NCBI GenBank assembly: GCA_965153355.1 | Contig: OZ231126.1 | Span: 16,678,001 to 16,742,000 of the forward strand | Direction: 5' to 3' | From: Flaccisagitta enflata | Taxonomy: Eukaryota | Length of the DNA: 64,000 nt | Shown here: positions 12,657 to 54,723 of the stretch, one piece after another | Numbering within the stretch: the first letter of the stretch is position 1 | How the letters are laid out: the number at the start of each line of letters is the position of its first letter | Program-made: the position numbers and the translations under genes | The notes under the pieces: model-generated | Databases searched by the model: none | What the model was told of the DNA's origin: nothing | What the model saw: the letters and a program-made list of their open reading frames with translations, nothing else

Positions 12657-13256
12657 GGTCGAGGTGCAAACGAAGGACAAATTAGAGGTGTCAAAATTTT
12701 TTTTTCTAATATTCTAAATTTTAAGAATCTAGACTTTTTTGATCAAAGAATATCATTTTTATATTTTATTGTTTTTAGTTTTGCATAGAAAATCATTTGT
12801 AGATAAAAAAAAAGAGTGCTGAGCATGTGAAAAGGGGAGAAAAAAAAAGGAAATCTATAGAAAATTTTATTTTGCAACATGACTTATTTTGGGGAAAACT
12901 CTAAGACTCTCTCTAAATGCAAAATTTTGCATTTTCAAAAACATGGCCTCATTCTGAGAACATATAAGATGAGGGCCATGTTCTTAGAAATGCAAAATTC
13001 TTCAATTTGGTAAAGTCTTAGAATTTTCCCTTCACAGGTTTTGAATTTTTGCTCTGCTATCTATTATTTCCAGTAATTCTTTCTAATCTTCGTCAATAAA
13101 ACAAAGCAACGCCTTTATCAAACTAGGGTTTCTTTTACTGATGAAATAATGTAAAACTACAAAACAACAAATTTCATTAAAATATCATAAAATAGTTATG
13201 AATATAATTATGAAAAGAGACTGAAACCGTAATTTTATCTTCATTTGCACCTCGAC
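12657..13256. mobile_element. MITE inserted in a ~21-bp (CAGACCTATCCCTAGCTCTAT)n minisatellite (~12448-13337)
   Basis: TIR GTCGAGGTGCAAA / TTTGCACCTCGAC; ATC on both sides, and removing the insert restores the unit GCTCTATCAGACC; internal palindrome at ~12915-13000. Confidence 0.8.
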
Positions 13257-13833
13257 ATCAGACCTATCCCTAGCGCTATCAGACCTATCCCCGATCCCCA
13301 GACCTATCCGACCTATCCCCAGGTCTAACAGACCTAACGGTGGCGGATTATTTTAGTGAATAAAATGACAAGTATCATCAATGATGAACGAAATGAAATT
13401 TCAATTGATTTCAAACATTTTTAGCGATTTTTCATTCCAGCGTGACCGACGGATGGATGGACAGACAGAGCCTCTTCTAGAGGTCCTATGGCCTATGGCG
13501 CATCTGGGAATCATCCTAGCATTATTCTGAATCATTTCAAGTCAGATTTTCAACTCGAGCGTGACCGACCAACCAACCGACAGACAGCCTCTCATAGAGG
13601 TGCTATGGCGCATCCAAAAAACCTGTCCCTTCTAGCTTCAGGGGGCGTTTTGAGCGGCCAGGCAGAGTTATCGTACCTCTTGTCGTACCGGTACTACAGT
13701 ACCCAACGGTTATAGTACCCCTCCAGTCCCCGTCTCTGACTGGTGGAAAAAATGCAACTCTTAAAAGATTTCCCTCTTTGATTGGCCGAACTTTTTTAAA
13801 GAACTATTAATAACCTCAGAGGGGAACGCTCAA

Positions 13834-13901
<68 letters not shown>

Positions 13902-15006
13902 TATCTATCGTTTACAAATAATAAGAGGAAAAAAAAGAGAGAATAAGAAATCGCGAAAAAGACAGAAACAGAAAAATATTATCATCCTTGTCCTTCGTCA
14001 ACCTGTCCCTCTGGATTTATAATAATTCTAATTCAAAGGAACAGCAATGTTTTAAAAGAAGGGTACTATAGTGTATTACGAAATCCACCGTTCCCCTACC
14101 GTCCCTACAGTACCTAGTACTATAACTATATTCTTCCGTTTTGAGCTTTGGCCTTTGTCCTTCTTCATCTATCTAGTCACGAAGATTTTAGGAAGGCCAA
14201 GTAGGCCAACGACGCGTCCTCTTTGAATGAATGTTTTTTTATGAATGAAAGTTTTACTATAAATGAGAGTTGTTTATGAATGAATGATTTGATGATTGAT
14301 TTATTCGATGTTTTACTGGGTTGATAGCACTTTTCTAATAAATAAATTGAAGAATTCGAAGTTAACGTGACTGACCTACAGACACAGACCGACATACATG
14401 ATCTCTTATGGAGGACGCATCTAAAAACCGATGTCTTTTTAATTATTCATACCGTACCAAGTCTTAGTTTGAGTGTTGCACCTGGGAGTTTGGACCTTGA
14501 TGTTAGGCTCATGAAACTTAACTTGTACTTGGGGCAAGTACGTAATGGCTCTGTTCTACGGCTTCTACCGCTGCGGCCAGCCCTGCTAGTCAATGCAGCA
14601 GCTGAGACCCGAGGACTGGCTGAAATTTCGTCGCCTCACTTCCTAAGCTATCTAACCATTTCTCGGAAATGGTAGTTCTGAATATTTCATTTGGCCGTGC
14701 AATTCTTTGTTATAGCAATGATGGAATCTTAACTTGGTCTTTTATGCTTCAGTTTCAGTCCCTTTTCTCAAACGTCTCTCATACGACGAATATTTAACAA
14801 TTGTAACAATTCTCTCAAAGTTTTCGATCGGATTTAAGGAACTGACTAATCAGCCCGTCTCTTGGCAAGTTTTCAACAAAGCTAACGAGTTCTGACTAAA
14901 TCACAAGGAGAAGTCCGTCGTTCATGTCCGCGTGACGGTTGTTCGTGAACTTGTGAAGGATCCTCGGGGTATGTATTATTAGTATTATTTTGAAACACTA
15001 CAAATG

Positions 15007-15564
15007 CAGGGTCCAAAGATGTGTAAAAAGCGTGATATGATTTTATCCACATGTCACAAGACCAATTTTAGGTTGGGGAATCAGCTCAGACCATCAAAAA
15101 AATTCTCAGATCAAGAATTGGGCCGCTACCGCTGTATATCTCAGGTCAAAAAGCTATATAAGGTCAAAATTTCAAAGTTGGAAATTTGGAAATCTGATTT
15201 CAGATTCATAATCCTTGCAAAAAAGTATCAAAAGAAAGTGTTTTTTTTTATTGATATTCCAACTAGAACATGATCCCACTTTGAAATTTTGACCTTATAT
15301 GGCCTTTTGACCTGAGATATACAGCGGTAGCAGCCCAAATCTTGACCAGATTTTTTTTTTGATGGTCTGAGCTGATTCTCCACCTTAAAATTGGTCTTGT
15401 GACAAGTGGATGAAATTAGATCAAGCTTTTTAGGTGCGACAAAGCACCTCTATAACTGGCTGTGTCCGTCGGTCGGTCTGTCTGTTGGGTAACGCATTCG
15501 TTCGACGATCCACACGTCGCACCTTATTGGCCTACTTAGCCTTGTGATACATTTCTGGACCCTG
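15007..15564. mobile_element. Palindromic MITE carrying a nested DINE-like insert (~15427-15545)
   Basis: Ends CAGGGTCCA / TGGACCCTG; long inverted arms (ACAAGACCAATTTTAGGT / ACCTTAAAATTGGTCTTGT; CCGCTGTATATCTCAGGTCAAAA / TTTTGACCTGAGATATACAGCGG); flanking near-direct repeat ACTACAAATG / AGTACAAATG. Confidence 0.75.
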
Positions 15565-15869
15565 AGTACAAATGGGCGCGGGCACTTTCGTTCAATGGGA
15601 AAAGGTAAAAGGTTTCTGGGTTGGTACGTCTGAGCTTTATTTATAACTTCAATGTCAGACTCATATTTCGATACTTTCTTAACTCAGTGCGGCTTGCCGA
15701 AAATAAATACCTGGGATGGATCTATTCGACTTGCTGTCACCTTTATTGAATTCGGGTAAGTATACGAGAAGTTACCATTGAAGTTGCCATTGTGGAGATA
15801 AGGCGAGCAACTTCCGCCAATGAGAAGACCTAAGATAGACCTTGCACATATTTTTCGTTGGCTCCGTTT

Positions 15870-15949
<80 letters not shown>

Positions 15950-16361
15950 ACCATTACGTATTTTGTTTCATCTCTTCGTTCTTTTGTGCTACTTTCACTG
16001 TTTCTATGCTCTTTACAAAAAAAAAAAAAAAAAAAAAAAAAACACCGCTGCTGATGGCAATGCTAGGAGCGTTCCCCTTGATATTGCAGACCAAGTCCGA
16101 CTGATGGACTGTCTACTATGCCAATGAGTCGTTAGGGTTTTACCGCTGACTCATCTTTTCGTCTCTTGACTTTCCTTTGCAGATATTCTATTCACATATG
16201 TTAGATCCTGCAGTTCACAAATGACGAATTTAAACGAACAAGATGTAAAAGATTTACTTGATTTTAATCACCAAGAATATGTTGATCTCACGACATTCGA
16301 GATTTGATATGCGTTTTAAAATCATTTTATTGATATTTGACCGTTTTCTACGACTAAACAG

Positions 16362-21523
<5,162 letters not shown>

Positions 21524-21803
21524 GTGAGTACTATGAATAGACATTACCAACCAAACATCAGATCGATGGACCGGAAAGCGGCAACTGGGTAATGTATTAT
21601 TCCGCTTCCCATTGATTGATCGACTGAACACTAAATTTGTTTTTTGATTGATTCAACGTTTAACTTGGCTTTTGAACTCACAAGTTAGGAACCTGTTCAG
21701 AACTGAACAATACGCACCTCAGCTACACTGCTTCAGCCTTCATCACCGCTATCACGTCAAGAGAGCGTGCTTTTGAATCTTTGTGTTTTACTTCCAATAA
21801 AAG

Positions 21804-24800
21804 GTATTTTGGTACGTGGGGCGAAAGGTGAAAGACAGATTGACGAAGCCGGGTGTCAAAGTGGCGCAGTCGTACGAATCATTTCCCCCCAAACCGGACT
21901 CATCGACGCGAAACTCTCCGGAAATCGAAAAGTTTTCTTTCACATGAATCAAGTAGTCAATATTTCCAAGAGCGACGTCAACGTATGCGTTGGTTTTCCG
22001 GTTTTGTTCCACATCGAAAATCCCGACAATCCCAAACCGAAAGCCCGAAATGTTTTTGTCAAGGCTGAGGATATGATAGATTTGACGGATGCGACTGACA
22101 ATGACGGCGACCCAAAGACTCAGGAGAATGCGAAAGTCAAGTCCTGTTGGCAAATTGGCACAGTCTGTCCAAACATTAACGAAAGAAATTTCTTCCTAAC
22201 TCCCGATCATGGACGGATCAAGGGAAAGGACGTATTCGTTTATTCGGATAAAATCAGCAGTTACGTAATCAAGGTGAAGGCGGGAGATAAGCTCGAGTTT
22301 GTTTTGGGCGATAGAAACCCCGAAAAACCGATGGCCAAGAAGATTCGTATCCTTCAGTATGCCCCAAGACCAGCCAACGAGGTCCTACAATATTTTGCTC
22401 AATTGTTTGAACACCTCAACGGCGAATCGGCCCATATGGCGCTAGAGGAAGTTTTAGTCGCCAAAGCTCAATGGAGTCTTTGCTCGGGACAGGAATTTGC
22501 CACTTGCCGGCAGTTTGAAAACGTCTTTTATCCGTACATCCACATTCTGGCTGCAATTATCAGGAAAGCCAGCCGAAACTTGAAAGCGCTGTTGCCTGAT
22601 TTCGCGGCTTCCGTCCTAAATGGAAAGCTGTTTACGCCCACCAATGAAGCCGAAAAGGAGAATATGCAAGAGTACTTCCGCAAACCTTTGGATGAAATCG
22701 AAGCTGACATGTTAGATGGGGTTTCGAGAATCGAGCTTTTAGAAGATTTCCTGCTAGCTTTAGTCGATTTGGTTCCGGAAGTGACGCATTTGGTTCTCCC
22801 TCTGATCGACAACGTGAGTCAAAGCAGCGCGTCAAAGAGAGTTCAAAGGCTTTATTTCAAAATAGTCAAGTCGTTGGTGGAGAAAAATACCCGCCTCAGT
22901 TACGGAGTCGACGATAAATGGAACAAGATGCCGCTTTGCATCACGAATTCCGAACTACTCGGTGGCTTAGTATCGGAAGACAAACATCTCTCTAAGATTT
23001 CGTTCGGCCCTTTTCCGTCTGAAGAAGATTACATGGACACATACTTTCGTCTTTTGCGTGCCGAGTCCTTCGCTTCCATCCAACAGGGCATCCAGCAACT
23101 TAAAGCCAATGAATTAGATAAGCGCGACATGAATGTCTATTTGAAGGTCTTCTTGGCGGGTGTTTATCTCACTCAATCAACCTTCTCCATTGCCGTATCA
23201 TTCGTCCCGCAAAGGCCGGTCCGAGATTGGGCCAAATCCCCTCAGCTGATGTACGGCAATTTGGTCTGTTTGTCCCCCGGTCAAGAATTCAACGATCCAA
23301 TATGGGCAACGGTTGCCGATAGAATACCAGATCTATTGACGAAAAAGAAGATCATCATGCTCGAACTGTGCGATTTCAACACGATTCCCAAGAGTAAGGC
23401 GATTACTCTCCTTTCGCAAAATGCCGGGAAAACTATCATGGTTGAATCACCAGTTTATTTCAATGCCTTGCGACCCATTCTCTCGGCATTTCAGCAGATG
23501 GACATGGAGAATTTCATTCTCAAGGAGGAAATCGTCTTTTCGCGCAACTCCGATCCCTTTCCCAGGTACATGGGAGAAATGGATGGCATGGATGTGCCGT
23601 TTTACGACCGACTGATTTCCTCCCAAAAATACATGAAGATGGCGAGGGAGATGGAGCCCAGTCAAAAGGAGGCCCTCGACCATGCCTTGAGGAACCGACT
23701 AGCGCTTATTCAAGGCCCACCAGGATGTGGAAAAACCTATCTGGGAACCAAGATAGCCGAGCTTTTGCTGGATAATTTCCAAATTCCCAAAGGTAATCTC
23801 CAAAATGAGGAGATGTATGGGGAGGATGAGGAGGATGAAATCGACGAGGAGAGCATCTGCAGTGATACGTCCGACGCTGAATCCAATCAAGTCTATCCCA
23901 TCTTGCTGCTGACCTACAAAAATCACGCGTTGGATGAGTTTTTGTTGAAGATGGTTCAGGTTTTTGGACGAAGCAGCGTCGTGCGAATTGGGGGACGCTC
24001 TCAAGAGGAAAAGCTGGAGAGTTGCAACATCAATCGTTTTGAACGACTGCCTGGTCACATCTACCACAACGTGATAGCCGAGTTGAAATCTGAAATCGAG
24101 GGCCTGTCTCGAGATATCCAAGATGGTCTGAAAGACTTGCAGCGACACTCACGGTTGACACTATCCGGACTAGTCAATGTCTTGAACGAGTCGCAACTGC
24201 GAGAATTTATCCTCAAATTCAAGCCGCCCAAGGAGAAAAAGATCATCAATGACGAAATCGAAAAGGCAGTTCAGCAAGGATTCAATCTGAAGGAGTTCAT
24301 GGAATATGACTTGGCCGATGAGGAGAAAGGCAAGTCTTTGCTCACCAGAGTCGCCTATGAAGCGATGAACAAATGGTTGCCATCTCGTGAGGAAGTTCTC
24401 AGGCTGAAAACCCTCCAAGAGAAGTTTGTGTTCACATTCAAGGAAGAAAGTGATGTGCAGGTACCGGATGATACCAAACAAGACGCTTCCAAAGATGCGC
24501 CAGACGAATTTGATGAAGACTACATCAAGGAATTGCAGTCCATGAGAGAATCGGCCGTCGGTCTTGGCAAATCTGAATCGCGAATGAGGGGTGAATTTTA
24601 TCCCATTGATATTCCCAAAGATTCATCCGTTTTTCTTTTGTCAGATTTTCCCGAAAGCATTAAATGCGACGAAAGCATTTTAACCGTCGACAACCTCTGG
24701 AGCCTCAGCGAAGTGCAAAAGATTCAGTTCATCTACACGCTTTTGCATGATTCTTGCCACGAAAGCCAAACAAATCTGGATCTCAAAATCCAAGAACTAG

Positions 24801-27800
24801 AGCAAAAGATTCAGAAGAAACAAAGCGTGGAAACGAGGCACAAAGCTTCCATCTGCAAGAACAAGAAGGTTATTGGAATGACGATCACTGGAGCATCCAT
24901 TCACGTTGACTTGCTGCATAGCATCGGCCCAAAAATTGTCATCGTCGAGGAAGCGGCTGAGATTCTTGAGCCGAGTCTGTTGGCTGCCTTGACCCCATCC
25001 ATTCAACATCTCATCATGATCGGCGATCATAAGCAACTTCGCCCGCAAGTCGAGTCTTTCAAATTGCGAAAAGATTTCTCTTTTGACATTTCCCTCATGG
25101 AGAGGCTGATTGGGTCCAATTTTCCGTTTAAACTTCTGGAAAGACAGAATCGAATGCGGCCAGAATTCTCCGCGATGCTCCTCGACATCTACCCCAACTT
25201 GAAAGATAACCTCGATATTGTCGCTAAAAATGAGCAGGCACACTGCATAGGGAAGCCTTACTTCTTTTGGTCCCACAGTGTAGTGGAAAGTGGCCGTGGG
25301 AGCAAACCAAACGATGATCAATCATCAGGAAGTCGCTCGGTTACCAATCCTCATGAAGCGGACATGGCCGTTGCGCTAGCCATGTATCTCCTTGTCTGTG
25401 GCGCAAGAACGGAGCAGATAACTATTTTGGCGGCCTACTTGGGACAAGTGAAGTTGTTGCGTGACAAGGTGCGGCAATACAAGGAGAAATATCCGCAGTG
25501 GTTTGCCCCAGATGCGACTGTGAAAGTTTCCACCATCGACATGTACCAAGGCGATGAAAACGATTACATCATCGTTTCTCTCGTGAGGTCAAACAACAAA
25601 GGCAAAGATGGCATGGGGCAAATTGGATTTTTGCGTGAGATGAACAGGAGGTGCGTTGCTCAATCCCGGGCCAAGTGCTCCTTGTTTTTCGTTGGCAATC
25701 ACGCGACCTTCTCCAGTGACAAAGGTTGGAAGCACATCATTCAAATTATGCAAAAAGACAACGCCGTTGATAACAAGCTTCCGATCCAATGTCCCGTTCA
25801 TCGGACTGGAACTTTGACGGTTGAGGATGCAAAAGAGATGTTGACTTTCATTGGCAAACCAGAAAACGTCTGCAGTTACGTATGTGACCGACTCATGCCC
25901 TGTGGAAAGCATAATTGCCAGAAGACATGCCTGCCTTTCCATGAACGGGATCATTTCGTTTGCACGAGAAATGTCAAATCAAAATTCCCGGGATGTGGTC
26001 ACGACGTGGATCACAAGTGCAACGAGAGGCTGGAAGATTTGCTGTGTGAGACCAGAGTGCCACACAAATTCAAGGATTGCAGTCATTCGTGCAAGAAGAA
26101 ATGCCACGTCCCGGACAACCACATGAAATGCCAGCAGAAATGCGATAAGAAAATGTCTTGCAACATTCATCCATGTTTGGACGTCTGTGGTAAAGCTCAC
26201 GGTCACGGGAATTGCAAAGAACTTGTCGACTTCAACTTTCCATCTTGTGGCCACAAAGCTTCTAAGCCGTGTAGCGACGATATCGCCAACCACCAATGCG
26301 AGATGAAAATCAAAGCCTTGCTCGAGTGCAACCACGAGATGGAGATTCCATGTTGGAAGCGGAATTCTCCTCCGCGCTGCACTCATCCTTGTCCAACAAA
26401 GATGGAATGCGGGAAACATAAATGCAAGGACAAATGCGGGGAGCCTCACACTCATGAAACATGCGATGAGAAAGTTGATTTCAAATTCCCCAAGTGCGAG
26501 CATCCTTCTCCTCACAAGAAGAAGTGTTCAGAACCCATTACATGGATTTGCAAGAAGAAAATTTTCAACGTCCAATGCCCTACCTGCGGCAAGAAGACCG
26601 CGACAAAGTTATGTAGCGATCCAGACAATGAGGCCAAATGTTTTGCTCCATGCTCTAAGATCAGGACATGCGGTCATCCTTGCACCTCCCAATGCAACGT
26701 TCCTTGTGAGAGTCGCGACTGCACAGTCTGCCTGAAGCTCGAGAGAGAACGAATCAAAGAATTCCAAGAGGCGGCAAAAGTAAGAATGGCTTCTTTAGAG
26801 AAAGATATAGCAAAATACAAAAAAGATGTGGTGTTTGAAGAAATCCGTTCCACTGGCGAAACAGCGGCTGAGTTCCAAAGAGTTGAGGACTCGGTCATGA
26901 AATTCATTCAACCCGCTCACAACTGGTTTCCAAGGGTCACCAAAGTTGAAAAGGTCAAGAACGCTAAGCTTGAACTGAAGTTTGAGAAGACCAAAGCCAC
27001 AGCGTTCGGAGATCACATTGCTGAGAAATTTCACGGAACGTCAAATGAAGGAGTAGATGGAATCACGAAGGAAGGGTTTAGGATGCCAAAGGACGCCGGG
27101 ATGTACGGCAGGGGCATCTATTTCGCGACAGACTCCTCTAAAAGTGCTCAAAGTATGTACACCAAAGGCTCAAATAAGCTTCTGCTTTGCAAGGTTCTCT
27201 TGGGTAAGAGTCACACAGTCAACACAGCATGCAACGATATGACAGGCGAGAAGTTGAAGAAGCAACACAAGTGCGACTCAGTCTTTGCCAAAAGAGGCAC
27301 TAAAAGCACAGGAGGCGTTTTGTTTGATGAATTTGTCATTTACAACCCTAGTCAGGCTTATCCTCAATATGTCATCTCCTACAACCGCACAGGCGTTCCC
27401 AATGTTGCCTCAATCCCAGCTCTTGTTGCTGGCGCCACTGGCAATGCCAATGGTTTCGCTCGCGTGAATGTAAAAGCTAGCCGCGTGAAAGATCCAACTA
27501 ATCAGCTTGAATTCCATTTTGCGAAGGCCGAAGCCCATTTTCTGAAAATGCAAGCCAAATACCAAAATTATATTGGAACCAACAGATTTGACATCGAATC
27601 CATCGACGTAATAAACCATCCGGTTCTTGAGGCGAAATTCGAAGCTGCAAAGAAAAAATTAACTGCCAAAGGCTACGGCGATGAAGTGTTTGCATTTCAC
27701 GGGACCGCGTCGGCAAATGTGGATAGCATATTAAAGAACAACTTGGATCCTAACAGACCGGTCACCAATGGGAGAGTACACGGAAATGGCTGCTACCTTT

Positions 27801-27979
27801 CTGAATTCCCGGGCAAAAGCCAAAGTTACGGCGATGCGTTGATTCTATTTCGGTTACTGCAAGGTCGACCCGGTGTCGATTCAACGATTGTTCGACCAGA
27901 TCGAGAAAACTACTCCGTGGAAACTGTCATCCAGGATGCGGATCAATGCCTGCCATGCTACGTTTATCATTTCAAGTAA
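21804..27979 (+). CDS. ZNFX1-like SF1 (UPF1-family) helicase with N-terminal cold-shock-like domains, NF-X1-type zinc fingers and two C-terminal PARP-like ADP-ribosyltransferase domains; main terminal exon
   Basis: 2070-aa open frame. ZNFX1-like blocks YMDTYFRLLRAESF, WAKSPQLMYGNLVCLS and MVESPVYF. Walker A QGPPGCGKT (~23711-23737), YKNHALDEFL, VIGMTITGA, Walker B IVEEAAE (~24947), IGDHKQLRP, SLMERL, QNRMRPE, TIDMYQGDE, NRRCVAQSRAK. Cys/His repeats at ~25790-26735. ART motifs FHGT...YGRGIYFA...DEFVIY...QAYPQY and FHGT...HGNGCYLS...ETVI...QCLPCY. Probable acceptor AG at 21802-21803. Confidence 0.93.
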
Positions 27980-28111
27980 CTGCTTTCTCTTCGCCATTCC
28001 AAAGCTGTCTGTTTTGGCAATATCCAAGTGGGAATATTTTTTTAGTCAACAATCATAATGTGCCATGTCATAATTGTCCATAAACGCTCGTTTTCGCCCC
28101 CCCCCCCTACA

Positions 28112-28505
28112 GAGCTAATGAAAATACAATGAGAGGAGCAGCAAAAATCTCTAGCAACGCCCCTGCTGCTTGAATAGTCAATGCGACATCAATTTTCAAG
28201 ATAGCTTATCCCAATAAATTTCCCTCCATCAAAGCAATTTTTTTCATTTTAACCTAGTTCTCTAGATACAGCCCTTCAAAGGGTCAAAATCAATCATTTT
28301 TCAAGGTGTTTAATTTCGCTTTATTATGACCATTATTTTAGGTATTAAGGGGATATTCAGAAATTGCTTGATGACGGGTATAGAATTAAAAGTGTTCTAG
28401 CATCCACCATCCTACTTACTTTTGTCATATTATTAGCATAGCCATAGGCTGTTGGGGAGGTTGCCATAGATTTTGCGTCTCCTCGCTATGTTTTTTCATT
28501 GCGGC
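28112..28505. mobile_element. Degenerate inverted-repeat element between the convergent ZNFX1-like and rootletin 3' ends
   Basis: AATGAAAATACAATGAGAGGAGCAGCAAAAATCTCTAGCAAC pairs imperfectly with GTTGCCATAGATTTTGCGTCTCCTCGCTATGTTTTTTCATT; no clear TSD. Confidence 0.5.
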
Positions 28506-28793
28506 TGGCCATTCCATCACCACGTTTTGTTATTATGTTTTTAAGGCAAAAACCTTTCTGATCATCCTCATTTCACAATGATTCATACACGTTCGTTCAT
28601 TTTTTTATTGATTGCATAGAAAAACAACTGAATTTCTTTTATAATTAAAAAAGAAGATGGATACAAATGAATTAGTGTCAATTCTTTTTCAACACAAGGG
28701 GGGTAGGAATTTCGCAACGAGGTGGGATTAAGCTTTGAATGTATAAGATTAAGGCAGACTGTTATTTCCGATAGTGCACTGAAATTTAAATCA

Positions 28794-54551
<25,758 letters not shown>

Positions 54552-54708
54552 GATTTAATTGTAAAATACTTATGGTCGAATATCGATGCGAGGAAGTGTT
54601 ATCGATGATCCACCAACAGGGCTGTCAACCCCCGACGGTGGCTGAAGTAGGCATTTCCGAATACGAAAGTGTTTTCTTTTTTATTTCGCGTTTAAATCTA
54701 TATTCTGT

Positions 54709-54723
54709 GTTGCCGTGGACAAC
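54709..54723. promoter_or_regulatory. RFX X-box candidate upstream of rootletin
   Basis: GTTGCC-GTG-GACAAC fits the X-box pattern GYTRYY-N1-3-RRHRAC and lies about 160 bp upstream of the predicted ATG (54551) of a ciliary gene. Confidence 0.6.

Noticed and set aside
21767-21803. GTG start of the 2070-aa ORF, suggesting a prokaryotic or viral-style gene
   Set aside because: This stretch looks like an intron 3' end, and an in-phase upstream exon (21401-21523) with a strong donor exists.
26830-27385. Calling the PARP region a tankyrase gene
   Set aside because: There are no ankyrin repeats, SAM domain or Zn insert, and it is in frame with the helicase.
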